A DNA stretch of 64,000 bases from Candidatus Zixiibacteriota bacterium (GCA_026983835.1 JALSTH010000027.1:10433-74432); one strand, 5' to 3'; counted from the stretch's first letter, positions 9,064 to 19,317 are shown. Notes: generated from the letters alone by a model not told the origin. Translations and numbers: made by a program.

Positions 9064-10587
9064 TTATTTTGCCCAAGTCGGTATAGTGGAGATATTTATA
9101 TGAAAAACCGGAATCCCAATGAAATAAACTGCCAAAAATACTATTGCCACTCCAATTAAATTCAACCATATCCCCGTTTTAACCATCTTCATCATAGGAA
9201 CATATCCCGAGCCGAATATAATTGCATTGGGAGGAGTCGCCACCGGCAGCATAAAGGCGCAGGATGCGGAAATCGTGGCTGGTATCATCAATAGTAACGG
9301 GTTTTCTCCTATTGCCATAGATACCGAAGCCAATATGGGTAATATCATTTGAGTAGTTGCGGTGTTCGAGGTTATTTCGGTTAGGAATGTCATCAAAACT
9401 GAAACTACTATGATAGCGACAATCGGCGAGGTATTGGAAAGCCCGGACAGACTCCCCCCGATATAGGCGGATAAACCTGATGTTTTGAAACCTTCGGCTA
9501 AAGCAAAGCCTCCCCCGAACAACAGCAGAATCCCCCAGGGTAACCGTTTGGCGGTATTCCAATCCAATAGAGGTTGCTTAACCGAATCCCCACTCGGAAT
9601 CAGGAATAACAGCAATGACATTCCGATAGCAACGGTACCGTCATCAACTAATTTATCCAAACCCGCTAAATTAGACCATCCCGGAATTGTAATCCCGCCC
9701 AAATATATATTTTTCCGAAACATCCATAGCAAAGCAGTTAATATAAAAATTACCAAGACCCTTTTTTCCGAAGGACGCATTTTCCCTAAGTTCCGTTTTT
9801 CCTCCGCAATAACTCCCCTCCCCAAGAATCCTTTCTTTCCCAACGGTGTTATTAAAAATGTAATTGAAAACCAGGCTATCCCGATAAATACGATGACCAA
9901 TGGAACGCCAACAAGCATCCACTGAGCGAAAGTAATTTCCGGGGCGTTCGGGAAAGTTTCCGCAAAAATTTTCGAGAAGGATATATTCGGCGGTGTGCCT
10001 ATTAAAGTCCCGATACCGCCGATACTTGCCGAGTAAGCTATAGATAACATCAGCACAAGAGCGAATTTATCCACAAATTGTTTTTTGGCTTTACTTTCTC
10101 TTGCCTGAAGGATAACTGAAATCCCAATCGGAAGCATCATCATAGTGGTTGCGGTGTTTGAGATCCACATAGACAAAACTGCGGTGGCTATCATAAAACC
10201 TAAAACCAAACGGCGCGGATTATCCCCCAAAAGGCTGATTATATTAAGTGCTATCCTTTTGTGAAGGTTATGCTTTTCGATTGCCAAGGCTATCATAAAC
10301 CCGCCCATAAACAAAAAGATGCTGGAGTTGATATAGTGCGGTGCGGTTGCCTTACCGGACATTATGCCCATAATCGGGAACAGGACAAGGGGTAGAAGCG
10401 AGGTCGCCGCTATTGGAATCGCCTCGGTAATCCACCAGATTGCGATTAAAGTGGCAGCCGCCGCAGTTCTGGTTACGGCAGGTTTCCCCGGTTGTAAATC
10501 GAAGAATATCAGAATTATAAAGAACAGCAGGGGACCTAAATATAACCCGATTGTTTTTCTCGAGAGGAAGCTGTAATGCGAATCCAT
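9064..10587 (-). CDS. DASS/SLC13 family divalent-anion:sodium symporter (sulfate or di/tricarboxylate)
   Basis: 507-aa polytopic membrane protein. Duplicated SNTAT(T) hairpin motifs (WISNTATTMMMLPI and EITSNTATTQMILPI) typical of DASS transporters. Confidence 0.85.
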   Translation of the reverse strand: MDSHYSFLSRKTIGLYLGPLLFFIILIFFDLQPGKPAVTRTAAAATLIAIWWITEAIPIAATSLLPLVLFPIMGIMSGKATAPHYINSSIFLFMGGFMIALAIEKHNLHKRIALNIISLLGDNPRRLVLGFMIATAVLSMWISNTATTMMMLPIGISVILQARESKAKKQFVDKFALVLMLSIAYSASIGGIGTLIGTPPNISFSKIFAETFPNAPEITFAQWMLVGVPLVIVFIGIAWFSITFLITPLGKKGFLGRGVIAEEKRNLGKMRPSEKRVLVIFILTALLWMFRKNIYLGGITIPGWSNLAGLDKLVDDGTVAIGMSLLLFLIPSGDSVKQPLLDWNTAKRLPWGILLLFGGGFALAEGFKTSGLSAYIGGSLSGLSNTSPIVAIIVVSVLMTFLTEITSNTATTQMILPILASVSMAIGENPLLLMIPATISASCAFMLPVATPPNAIIFGSGYVPMMKMVKTGIWLNLIGVAIVFLAVYFIGIPVFHINISTIPTWAK

Positions 10588-10732
10588 TTGGAAGCCTGAT
10601 TATAGATCTGAAATTGATAGCCTTTATTTATTAATCATTAATCCTTTAGTTGTTAGTTGTCAAGTTTTAATCGTAGTAAGCTATGAAAAAATAATTTTCG
10701 TAAGTATTATAACCGATTGTCACCCGTTATAT

Positions 10733-10764
10733 AAAAACCCCGCCGTAATCGGGCGGGGTTTTTT
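10733..10764 (-). terminator. Rho-independent (bidirectional-looking) terminator after the lipoprotein gene
   Basis: AAAAACCCCGCC-GTAATCG-GGCGGGGTTTTTT: GC-rich 7-bp stem flanked by an A-run and a T-run, 25 nt downstream of the stop at 10789. Confidence 0.8.
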
Positions 10765-10788
10765 AATCGAATGACTAAACAGCGGTTA

Positions 10789-11577
10789 TCAAGTTCCGTA
10801 ATAAAAATCCCATTCCCAGTAATAGGTGCCATTGGAAGCATAGGCATGATAATGGTCTTCATAAAAGGTGATTGTAAAATCCCAATCGGTGATTTGACCT
10901 GCATAGTTTTCATCCAAGTAGTTGGCTGTCATAGATAAACTTAACACTCCCGCAAATGGATATAACGAACCTATAACCCAGCGGATGCTGTCGAACTGCT
11001 CACTCATATTGACATAATAATTATGATCGTTGACCGCCATTGCCCATTCATAACTCCCATTGCCATTTATTTGTAATGTGTCGGTATTCAATCCGGTGTA
11101 TGTCCAGTCGTTTAAGTAATCCATTGAAGCTGATCCCGAAGTATCCGATGCATACAAATTAAGGTAAAGCCTGAATTCCATTTTATCCGTGGTCGAATCC
11201 GGATTCTCCTGATGAGTTTCGCCCGCGGTGAAACGGATACTATCCGCGGTCGTAGCCGAAAAATTGGCCGAATCACCATTTGCATAAAAATACCACCAAC
11301 CGCTAATATCATCATAACCGTAATAACTCGTGTCGGTAGTTGTGAAACTTGATTCGGGAGGTACGAAGCCACTGATATATGTCATTCCCGAAGCCATATT
11401 ATCGATGGAATACTCGACTTGAGTTACTGCTTCCGTTTGGGCTGCTTGGTATTCGGGGTCATTGGTATTTCCTTCCTGATTCTCCTGTGTCGATTTTTCG
11501 CTGCTGCAACCAACAACAAAACTTAATACCAATAACCCGGCAAATAAAAGTGCTAAGATCTTGAGAGATTTATTCAT
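10789..11577 (-). CDS. Hypothetical lipoprotein
   Basis: Signal peptide with lipobox (LSFVVGCSS). Rich in Y/W/T/D. I recognise no family. Confidence 0.6.
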   Translation of the reverse strand: MNKSLKILALLFAGLLVLSFVVGCSSEKSTQENQEGNTNDPEYQAAQTEAVTQVEYSIDNMASGMTYISGFVPPESSFTTTDTSYYGYDDISGWWYFYANGDSANFSATTADSIRFTAGETHQENPDSTTDKMEFRLYLNLYASDTSGSASMDYLNDWTYTGLNTDTLQINGNGSYEWAMAVNDHNYYVNMSEQFDSIRWVIGSLYPFAGVLSLSMTANYLDENYAGQITDWDFTITFYEDHYHAYASNGTYYWEWDFYYGT

Positions 11578-11782
11578 AATTTCCCCCTGAAATTGTTTTG
11601 AATATTTGTTTTATACAATTTTCCGTTTATAACTATTTATCGGGATTTTTTTATTAGGATTTATCGAGAATATTGAAAGTCGGATTTTGCATAACCGATA
11701 TTATTTTATTGCGAAGTCAACAAAGTATATTAAATTCGATTTATATGCTATTTTAGGGAAACAAACCGTTTCAGGAGATTTT

Positions 11783-12283
11783 ATGTCAACTATAAAAGGA
11801 CGAGTCTTTAAGTATGGTGATGATATTAATACCGATGTAATTTTTCCGGGCAAATATACATACACCGTTACCGACCCAAATCAAATAGCGAAACACGCTT
11901 TGGAGGATTTGGATCCGGAGTTTTCCTCAAAGGTTCAGTTGGGTGATGTCGTTGTTGGCGGAAAAAATTTCGGGTGCGGTTCGTCAAGGGAGCAAGCGGC
12001 ATCCTGTTTGAAGTATGCAGGCGTGGGAGCGATTATAGCCAAGTCGTTTTCCCGTTTATATTTCCGTAATTGTCTGAATTTCGGTTTACCTCCCATTACC
12101 AGTCCCGAGGCGGTCGATGTCCTTGAGGATGGCGATGAGGTCGAAATCGATTTGGAGAATGGGAAGGTCATTACTTCCAAAGGTATTTTTAACATTCCCC
12201 CGTTGCCGGAATCGATTAGGGGGATTATCGATTCGGGAGGTTTGATCCCTTATACCCGAAAGCGCTTGGGTATAGATAAATAA
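11783..12283 (+). CDS. leuD: 3-isopropylmalate/homoaconitate dehydratase small-subunit-like protein (aconitase swivel domain)
   Basis: GKNFGCGSSREQAA motif and about 166 aa from the internal ATG at 11783, which is preceded by AGGAG (11774-11778). Homologues begin near MSTIKGRV. No large-subunit gene is adjacent. Confidence 0.8.
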   Translation: MSTIKGRVFKYGDDINTDVIFPGKYTYTVTDPNQIAKHALEDLDPEFSSKVQLGDVVVGGKNFGCGSSREQAASCLKYAGVGAIIAKSFSRLYFRNCLNFGLPPITSPEAVDVLEDGDEVEIDLENGKVITSKGIFNIPPLPESIRGIIDSGGLIPYTRKRLGIDK

Positions 12284-12287
12284 TCGA

Positions 12288-12776
12288 ATGACGGGTATCA
12301 GGGTCGGAATAATAACAATATCCGATAGAAGTTATCGTAGTAAACGGGAGGACCTCTCCGGTCCTGCGATTAAAGTTTATGTCGAGAATTTTCATCTTGT
12401 CCTCGCTGATTATTTGATTGTTCCCGATGAGGTACCGAAAATAGTTAAGGCTGTTAATTCCCTTTCTAAAATTTCCGATTTAATCCTTACAACCGGAGGT
12501 ACCGGATTATCCCCTCGTGATGTTACCCCCGAGGCAATGGATAAGCTGATCGAAAAGGAACTACCGGGCATTTCGGAAGCGATAAGGGCCGTTTCGTTTC
12601 AAAAAACGCCTATGGGAATATTGAGCAGGGGAAAGGCGGGGGTTTACAATAATACTCTCATTGTAAATCTGCCCGGAAGCCCCAAAGCGGTTAGGGAGAT
12701 ATTGGACAGCATTTTTATAGCTCTTATTCATGGGGTGGAAGTACTCAAGGGAGTGGGCAAACATTTTGGAGGTTGA
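12288..12776 (+). CDS. mogA: Molybdenum cofactor biosynthesis protein MogA/MoaB family (molybdopterin adenylyltransferase)
   Basis: IGIITISDR ... TTGGTGLSPRDVTPEA ... LPGSPKAV motifs. 4 nt after the leuD-like stop. Confidence 0.85.
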   Translation: MTGIRVGIITISDRSYRSKREDLSGPAIKVYVENFHLVLADYLIVPDEVPKIVKAVNSLSKISDLILTTGGTGLSPRDVTPEAMDKLIEKELPGISEAIRAVSFQKTPMGILSRGKAGVYNNTLIVNLPGSPKAVREILDSIFIALIHGVEVLKGVGKHFGG

Positions 12777-12828
12777 TGGAACCAATCCGATGTTAACCGT
12801 ATTATGGGCGATGGATTTGGACGATAAT

Positions 12829-14046
12829 TCAATCGCCTAACAGTATTTTTTTATATGTTTCCCGTGAAGCTTCACGAGTATGATTTTTAAGGATGAATTC
12901 AAAACTGTTTTTGGATATCTCGTTTCTATATTCTTCATTCCTCAAAAGCTCGATAACTCCTTTTGCGAAATCTTCCGCATCATCAGCAATGATTATATTC
13001 TTCCCGTCAGACACATTTATCCCCGAGGCGCCGATTGTTGTCGAAACGACAGGTATCCCTCTTTTCATTGCTTCCAATATCTTGAGCCTTACTCCGCTTC
13101 CCCGCAGAAGCGGAGTGATAAAAACCGCTGCTTGAGAATAAAACGGCTCGGTATCCCGCACATACCCCATTTCCTTGATAGGGTCCTGAAAACCGAATTT
13201 CCATCCTCCGCCGACAATTATAAATTCGATATCCGGAATTTCTCCGCGAACAAGGGGGAAAACTTCGTCGACGAACCATTGTAATCCCCGCCTATTCGGT
13301 TCCCAAACCAAATTGCTGATTAACAGGAGCTTATTGGCTTTGGGATTGAATATGTTTTTTAATTTATTTGATGGTCCCATGGATACGGGAACGGTGATTA
13401 ATTTCTGCGGTTTTGCCCCCATCTTGATAAAAATGCTTTTGTCGAGGTCACTGATGGTAGTGGTTTTGTCTAAGGCTTCAATCATCCCCAATTCCCAATC
13501 TTTGGTGATGTCCTCTTGAAGTTGAGCCAATAACCTTGAGGGCGGCCTTTTATGTTCCTTGAACTGCCTCCATAAGTCGGTTTCGACATTGTGGGTATCA
13601 AGAATGAACTTCGGCGGGCTTTTCCCCAAAGCTTGTTTTATGGGGTGGTAGTAGCCGGTCATCCTTAATTGATCGAAGATAATAAAATCAAAATTCCCCT
13701 GTTTGAGCAAATCGATTAAAAGCTTTTCCATCTTCTTGGAGCGGAATTTCTCCACGACATACGGTATCCGTTTGGTAAAACTGTTGATGAACGCCCCGGC
13801 AAGCTTCAGCGGTTTCCTCGTGATATGGATATTATGCATCACAGGTTCAATTACATCAGCTACCCCGCAAGAATTCTTAAACTCCTCTAATCGGGTGGGG
13901 TCGATTGTCTCCTCAGAAAAAGAGACAGACGAAATTTCCGCTATCCCGCTTAACGCCGCGATATTCTCCGAGGTTCTAATTTTATAACCCGAATCGGGAG
14001 GATATGGCAATTCAATACAGAGATGTAATAATCTTCGGCGTTTCAT
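12829..14046 (-). CDS. Glycosyltransferase family 4 (GT-B fold)
   Basis: C-terminal GT1/GT4 signature (GSGVRLKILEAMKRGIPVVSTTIGASGI). 405 aa. Confidence 0.8.
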   Translation of the reverse strand: MKRRRLLHLCIELPYPPDSGYKIRTSENIAALSGIAEISSVSFSEETIDPTRLEEFKNSCGVADVIEPVMHNIHITRKPLKLAGAFINSFTKRIPYVVEKFRSKKMEKLLIDLLKQGNFDFIIFDQLRMTGYYHPIKQALGKSPPKFILDTHNVETDLWRQFKEHKRPPSRLLAQLQEDITKDWELGMIEALDKTTTISDLDKSIFIKMGAKPQKLITVPVSMGPSNKLKNIFNPKANKLLLISNLVWEPNRRGLQWFVDEVFPLVRGEIPDIEFIIVGGGWKFGFQDPIKEMGYVRDTEPFYSQAAVFITPLLRGSGVRLKILEAMKRGIPVVSTTIGASGINVSDGKNIIIADDAEDFAKGVIELLRNEEYRNEISKNSFEFILKNHTREASRETYKKILLGD

Positions 14047-14128
14047 AACAACCTCAAAGAGATTTAATCGGCAGTATTCTCCTAAAAGGAAAAGGATAAT
14101 ATTCGAGTATAACTAAATCAATATAAAT

Positions 14129-15139
14129 TCAGCGTAGCTTCCCAAGTTCAGTATCATTTGATGTTTTTGGAGCATAAAATTTGCGGATTTCATTCAAAGC
14201 TATACTGATATCTTCAGGCAGGGGGGAGGATATTGTGATTGTTTTTCCCGTTATGGGATGTTCGAATTTCAATTTATAAGCGTGGAGCGCCTGCCTTGAA
14301 AGTATTTTCAAAAGCCTTCTCCATAAATCCAATTCGTCCTTACCGAAACTCTCAGTCGGGATAGACCTCCCTTTATAATCGCTATCTCCCAAAATAGGAT
14401 ATCCGATATGGGAAAAATGAACTCTTATCTGGTGAGTCCTGCCAGTTAGAAGTTGGACCTCGAGGAATGTGTATTTCCCGAACCGCTCCAACACCTTATA
14501 TTTGGTATGAGCTTCCCTTCCCCCCTTATATTTAACCGTCATCTTTTTCCTATCGGCGGGGCTTCTGCCGATAGGAAAGGATAAAAGCCCTTCATTATCC
14601 GGTATATCACCGATAATAATAGCCTTATAAAATCTTTGAGCGGACTTGGATTTAATTTGTTCGGACAAGCCTATATGAGCTTTATCGTTTTTTGCCACCA
14701 ATAGTAATCCGGAGGTATCCTTGTCCAATCGATGCACAATTCCCGGTTTAAGCTCTCCGCCGATGCCGGATAAATCTTTTATGTGATATAACAGAGCGTT
14801 GACCAATGTTCCGCTGTAATTCCCGGTTGCCGGATGAACCACCATGCCCGCATTTTTATCGACCACCAATAAATATGCATCCTCGTATAAAATTTTAATC
14901 GGGATATCATCTGGTGTTATATCGGTTTTAATTGGTTCGGGAACGGATATATCCAATAAGTCCCCTTCTTTCACGCTATAGCCAGCTTTGACAATTCTTC
15001 CGTTGACAAGGATATTGCCGGCTTGGATTAAACTTTTTATCCTGCTGCGTGAAATATCGGAAAACATTTCCGAACATAAAATATCGAGGCGTTTTCCGGA
15101 AGAATCGGCGCCGATTTTGAGATTTGATTTTTGCTTCAT
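14129..15139 (-). CDS. rluD: 23S rRNA pseudouridine synthase, RluA/RluD family
   Basis: N-terminal S4 domain and catalytic HRLDKDTSGLLLVAK motif. 4-nt overlap with lspA. Confidence 0.9.
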   Translation of the reverse strand: MKQKSNLKIGADSSGKRLDILCSEMFSDISRSRIKSLIQAGNILVNGRIVKAGYSVKEGDLLDISVPEPIKTDITPDDIPIKILYEDAYLLVVDKNAGMVVHPATGNYSGTLVNALLYHIKDLSGIGGELKPGIVHRLDKDTSGLLLVAKNDKAHIGLSEQIKSKSAQRFYKAIIIGDIPDNEGLLSFPIGRSPADRKKMTVKYKGGREAHTKYKVLERFGKYTFLEVQLLTGRTHQIRVHFSHIGYPILGDSDYKGRSIPTESFGKDELDLWRRLLKILSRQALHAYKLKFEHPITGKTITISSPLPEDISIALNEIRKFYAPKTSNDTELGKLR

Positions 15140-15771
15140 TGATGAGTTGCAGTAGGTTTGACGATTGTATCGTTATCGTTCGGCTTTTGTCCGTTTATTT
15201 GGTTTTCCATATTGTTCCTGCGGAAAAGAATATAAAATATCGCGCCTATCGTCCCGACTGTTACCGCGCAATCTGCGAAATTAAATACAGGCCATCTATC
15301 GATTTGATAGCCCCCGAAACGGAACCCCAGAAGGGAGAAAGGGTGGATATGTATATTGAAGAAATCGACATCCACAAAATCGATAACCCTCCCATGGAAT
15401 ATCCTATCCAAAATATTCCCGAAAGCTCCCCCGAGTATCAAAGAAAGGTTGAAGCGCAAAAATTTTTCGACCCCGTGGCTCCTTTGGAAATAATAGACGA
15501 TAATCAAGATAGCTACTATGGAAAGGAAGATATATAACGAACCGGCTCGGGATCCCAATCCGAAAGCTCCCTTTGGGTTATAAACAAAAGTCAGCATAAA
15601 AAAATCGCCTAATATCCTGACCGATTCCCCCTCTTGCATAAAAAAATAGACTAACCATTTCGAAAGCTGGTCTATAAAAATAACAAGCAAACCAGTCAAA
15701 AGGTAAATTCGATTGTCAGGTCCGGCTATCCAGACTTGCTTTGTTCTTCCTTCTCTTTGCATTTGATGCAC
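15136..15771 (-). CDS. lspA: Lipoprotein signal peptidase II (start codon uncertain)
   Basis: DQLSKW, NPKGAFG and FNFADCAVTVG motifs. The listed ORF overlaps the dksA-like gene by 46 nt and has a roughly 30-aa polar C-terminal tail. Confidence 0.8.
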   Translation of the reverse strand: MHQMQREGRTKQVWIAGPDNRIYLLTGLLVIFIDQLSKWLVYFFMQEGESVRILGDFFMLTFVYNPKGAFGLGSRAGSLYIFLSIVAILIIVYYFQRSHGVEKFLRFNLSLILGGAFGNILDRIFHGRVIDFVDVDFFNIHIHPFSLLGFRFGGYQIDRWPVFNFADCAVTVGTIGAIFYILFRRNNMENQINGQKPNDNDTIVKPTATHQ

Positions 15772-16106
15772 ATTCTTGCGTGAGGGACCACATTTAATCG
15801 CTCAAGGCTTATCTCTGCTCCACACACCACGCACTTCCCGTAAGTATTGTTTTGAAGTCTCCGAAGCGCTTCATCGATATGATAGAGCAATCTACCCGAT
15901 TTCGAAGCGAAGAGAAATGTCTTTTCGCGCTCCTGAGCATCCGTCCCAATATCCGCCATATGATATGTATGGCTGGAAAGGTTGCCCGAACTATTTTTTA
16001 TGGTGTCCCCTCCCCTTTCGGTAAAAGTACCAATTTCCTCGATTAATTTCTTTCTTTTTTCCAAAAGCAATTTCTCGAATTTTTTCAGATCGCGTTTGTT
16101 CATCAA
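15726..16106 (-). CDS. DksA/TraR family C4-type zinc-finger protein
   Basis: CVVCGAEISLERLNVVPHARMCIKC four-Cys finger preceded by a coiled-coil region. 126 aa. Confidence 0.8.
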   Translation of the reverse strand: MMNKRDLKKFEKLLLEKRKKLIEEIGTFTERGGDTIKNSSGNLSSHTYHMADIGTDAQEREKTFLFASKSGRLLYHIDEALRRLQNNTYGKCVVCGAEISLERLNVVPHARMCIKCKEKEEQSKSG

Positions 16107-16117
16107 TCACCCCTGAA

Positions 16118-19100
16118 CTAACCGCCTATTCTTTGTATGGTGATTTTAGCTTCTTCTCCATTAATATCCCATTTTTTGGAAACGGGTTCTCCGCTTAAAA
16201 GAATATCGCTTCTCTTTTTTCTTTCGTCTCCATCCGAATAAATTACAATATCCTGCGCCAGCGTTTCCTTTGCGATATAATCCTTATAACGCTCAATGGC
16301 AGTTTTCAAAGTATCGTTGCATTTTATATCGATAATTATATTATCGAGAACATCGAAACCTGCGGTTTTGCGCATATTTTGTACTTTATTGACAACTTCC
16401 CGCGAAAATCCCTCTTCCCGGAGATTTTCGGTTATTACAATATTTACCGCCACAGAAACACCGCCTTCGCTGATTACTTCATATTCGGGGGCAAATTCCC
16501 TCAAGAACTCTACATCTTCCGCCGACACTCCAATTTGCTTTCCACCTATGGTCAGATCAATCGAACCATTTTCCTTAAATTCGGAAACCTCTTCTGGGGA
16601 AAGTTCTTTAAGTAGCCGAGCCGCTTCGTTGACATCCTTCCCGAATTTAGGACCTAAACTTCGGAAATTCGGTTTTATTTTATATATCACCAAATCATCG
16701 AGGTTGTCAACAAAATGGATATTTTTAATGTTTAATTCCTCTTTTATATGATCGATTAGAATATCATAATCAGCCGCCCCCGCCCTTCCCGAAACGGATA
16801 TTAGTATCTCGGATAATGGTTGGCGAACCTTGATTTTTGCCTTTTTCCTCGCCGCTAAACCCAAACTGACGATAGTTTGAATATCGTTCATCAGGTTTTC
16901 TAATTTTGCGTCGATATATTTTTCATCGGCTTTGGGAAAATAATCCAAGTGAACGGAGATTAATTCCTTATCCTCCAAGGGTTCGACCAAGTTCAAATAT
17001 AGTTTTTCAGTAATAAACGGCGCTACCGGAGCCGCCAGTTTGCAAACTTCGATGAGAGCATCCCAAAGGTAATAGTAAGCTGTCTTTTTATCCACTGTCA
17101 ATTCGGGTCCCCAATAGCGGCGACGGCAACGACGGATGTACCAATTCGAGAGCTCCTCGATTACAAATTGCTGAATGGAGCGGCAGGCTCGTGTTATTTC
17201 AAAACTCTCGTAAGATTTACCGACATCTCGAATTAAAGTAGTAATTTTGGATTTGAGCCACTTATCTATGGAGGTTGGTTTTAATTCTTCAGGATTTATC
17301 TCCTTCGGATTGAACCCATCTATACGGGCATATAATGCAAAGAAAGAGTAACAGTTTTTCAGAGTCGAGAGGAATTTCTTTGCTACCTCGATTACGCCAT
17401 CCGGATCGAATTTCGTCGGTAGCCAAACCTGCGAGGTGGACATCATATACCATCGAGCCGCATCTGCCCCCATTTTAGTTAGAATATCATTCGCAAAAAC
17501 CACATTCCCCTGTGATTTGCTCATTTTCTGTCCGTTTTTATCGAGGATAAGCTCATTGACCACGATATTTTTATATGCCGGCTCACCAAATAGAAAAGTG
17601 GAAATCGCCAAAAGGGAATAAAACCATCCTCTTGTCTGATCAATACCCTCAGCGATAAAATCAGCGGGAAAACGATTTTTAAATTTTTCCTCATTCTCGA
17701 AGGGATAATGATACTGAGCAAAAGGCATCGAACCCGAATCGAACCAAGCATCGATTACTTCGGGAGTCCTGACCATCTTCCCACCGCATTTCGGGCACTT
17801 GATGTATATCCTATCCACATACGGTTTATGAAGTTCGATATCATCGGGGACATTCTCCCCCAACTCTTTCAACTCCTTTATCCCACTGACTGATTGTTCC
17901 TGTCCGCATTCGCTGCAAATCCATATCGGCAAAGGAGTTCCCCAATACCTGTCGCGCGATAACGCCCAATCGACATTGTTTTCCAACCATTCGCCGAATC
18001 GCCCGTCACGAATCTCCGGAGGTTGCCAATTTATCTTTTTATTATTCGCTATCATCTTGTCTTTATATGCCGTTGTGCGGATAAACCAACTCGCACGGGC
18101 ATAATAAATCAGGGGGGAATGGCATCGCCAACAGAAAGGATAAGTATGGGAATAGTTTTCCGCTTTAAGCAACAAATTCCTCGACCGCAAATCCTCGATG
18201 ATCTCAGGGTCGGCTTCCTTAACGAATTTCCCTTTCCAAGTCTTAACCTCAGAGATGAATTCCCCTTTTTCGTTAACCGCTTGAATTATCGGTAAGTCAT
18301 ATTTGTTGGAGAGAGCATAGTCATCAGCGCCGAATGCCGGGGCGATATGAACTATGCCTGTCCCCTCATCCGTCGTTACGAATTCGGCGGTAGTGACATA
18401 ATGCGATTTCTTTTCAGGTTTTATAAAATCATATAAAGGTTTATAATTTGTACCCGAAAGCTCCCTGCCCGTATATTCGTTTTTGATGTTCAGCTCGTCG
18501 CCGAATAGAAGTTTTGCCCTCGATTTTTCAAGGATTAAATTTTCGTCTCCCTGCCTTATCTCCACATATTTATAATTCGGATGGACCGCCAAAGCAACAT
18601 TTGAGATAAGCGTCCATGGAGTAGTTGTCCAGACTAAAAAATAAACCCCGGGGCGATCGACTATTTCCATTTTAACGAAAATCGAAGGATCTGATACGGT
18701 CTCATACCCTTGAGCCACCTCATGGGAAGATAACGCAGTTCCGCAACGGGGACACCATGGGACTATCTTTCGTCCGCGATATAAATATCCTTCCCGGTGA
18801 AAACGGGAAAGCGCCCACCATACCGATTCGATATAATCGTTGGTATAAGTGATATAGGCATCGTCTAAATCGAGCCAATAGCCGATTCGGCGGGTGAAAT
18901 CATCCCACTCTTTTTTATACTTAAAGACCGATTCACGGCATTTGCGGTTGAAATTCTCGATGCCGTATTCCGCTATTTTCTCCTTTATGGAGAAACCCAA
19001 AGATTTCTCCACTTCAAGCTCAACCGGAAGCCCCTGCGTATCCCAGCCTGCTTTCCGCTCCACGCGAAACCCCTTCATCGTCTTATAGCGACAGATAGTA

Positions 19101-19297
19101 TCCTTGACCGTTCTCGAAATGAGATGCCCTATGTGAGGTAATCCGTTGGCGGTGGGAGGACCTTCATAGAATACGAAATCGGGATGCCCTTCCCGTTGTC
19201 TTAAGGATTCCTCGAATATATTGTTTTTCTCCCAGTATTCGCTGATAAGATTTTCAGCTTCCGGGTAATCGAATTCCGAACTGATTTCTTTGAACAT
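16118..19297 (-). CDS. ileS: Isoleucine--tRNA ligase (long, type 2 form)
   Basis: HIGH (PHIGHL) and KMSKS (KMSKSQGN) class I motifs, CP1 editing domain, 1059 aa. Confidence 0.97.
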   Translation of the reverse strand: MFKEISSEFDYPEAENLISEYWEKNNIFEESLRQREGHPDFVFYEGPPTANGLPHIGHLISRTVKDTICRYKTMKGFRVERKAGWDTQGLPVELEVEKSLGFSIKEKIAEYGIENFNRKCRESVFKYKKEWDDFTRRIGYWLDLDDAYITYTNDYIESVWWALSRFHREGYLYRGRKIVPWCPRCGTALSSHEVAQGYETVSDPSIFVKMEIVDRPGVYFLVWTTTPWTLISNVALAVHPNYKYVEIRQGDENLILEKSRAKLLFGDELNIKNEYTGRELSGTNYKPLYDFIKPEKKSHYVTTAEFVTTDEGTGIVHIAPAFGADDYALSNKYDLPIIQAVNEKGEFISEVKTWKGKFVKEADPEIIEDLRSRNLLLKAENYSHTYPFCWRCHSPLIYYARASWFIRTTAYKDKMIANNKKINWQPPEIRDGRFGEWLENNVDWALSRDRYWGTPLPIWICSECGQEQSVSGIKELKELGENVPDDIELHKPYVDRIYIKCPKCGGKMVRTPEVIDAWFDSGSMPFAQYHYPFENEEKFKNRFPADFIAEGIDQTRGWFYSLLAISTFLFGEPAYKNIVVNELILDKNGQKMSKSQGNVVFANDILTKMGADAARWYMMSTSQVWLPTKFDPDGVIEVAKKFLSTLKNCYSFFALYARIDGFNPKEINPEELKPTSIDKWLKSKITTLIRDVGKSYESFEITRACRSIQQFVIEELSNWYIRRCRRRYWGPELTVDKKTAYYYLWDALIEVCKLAAPVAPFITEKLYLNLVEPLEDKELISVHLDYFPKADEKYIDAKLENLMNDIQTIVSLGLAARKKAKIKVRQPLSEILISVSGRAGAADYDILIDHIKEELNIKNIHFVDNLDDLVIYKIKPNFRSLGPKFGKDVNEAARLLKELSPEEVSEFKENGSIDLTIGGKQIGVSAEDVEFLREFAPEYEVISEGGVSVAVNIVITENLREEGFSREVVNKVQNMRKTAGFDVLDNIIIDIKCNDTLKTAIERYKDYIAKETLAQDIVIYSDGDERKKRSDILLSGEPVSKKWDINGEEAKITIQRIGG

Positions 19298-19317
19298 AGT
19301 ATAAATCGCTGAATCTG

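Noticed and set aside
10631-10663. A possible promoter for the DASS transporter gene (TTGACA on the minus strand at 10663-10658).
   Set aside because: The best -10 candidate at 17-18 nt spacing (TAATGA / AATGAT) is poor, so it is too weak to report as a feature.
10707-10913. 68-aa minus-strand ORF spanning the lipoprotein gene end and its terminator.
   Set aside because: It overlaps the 262-aa lipoprotein gene in another frame and includes the terminator hairpin. There is no independent support.
11687-11782. N-terminal extension of the LeuD-like ORF as listed in the ORF track (start at 11687).
   Set aside because: The extension (MHNRYYFIAKSTKYIKFDLYAILGKQTVSGDF) is AT-rich, has no RBS and does not resemble LeuD. 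The internal ATG at 11783 has an AGGAG 5-9 nt upstream and gives the usual length of about 166 aa.
19298-19317. T-box leaders upstream of ileS, and of valS at 35096-35245.
   Set aside because: Only 20 nt separate ileS from punA. The 150-nt valS upstream region is too short and lacks the conserved T-box sequence (no match to GGTGGTACCGCG on the relevant strand).
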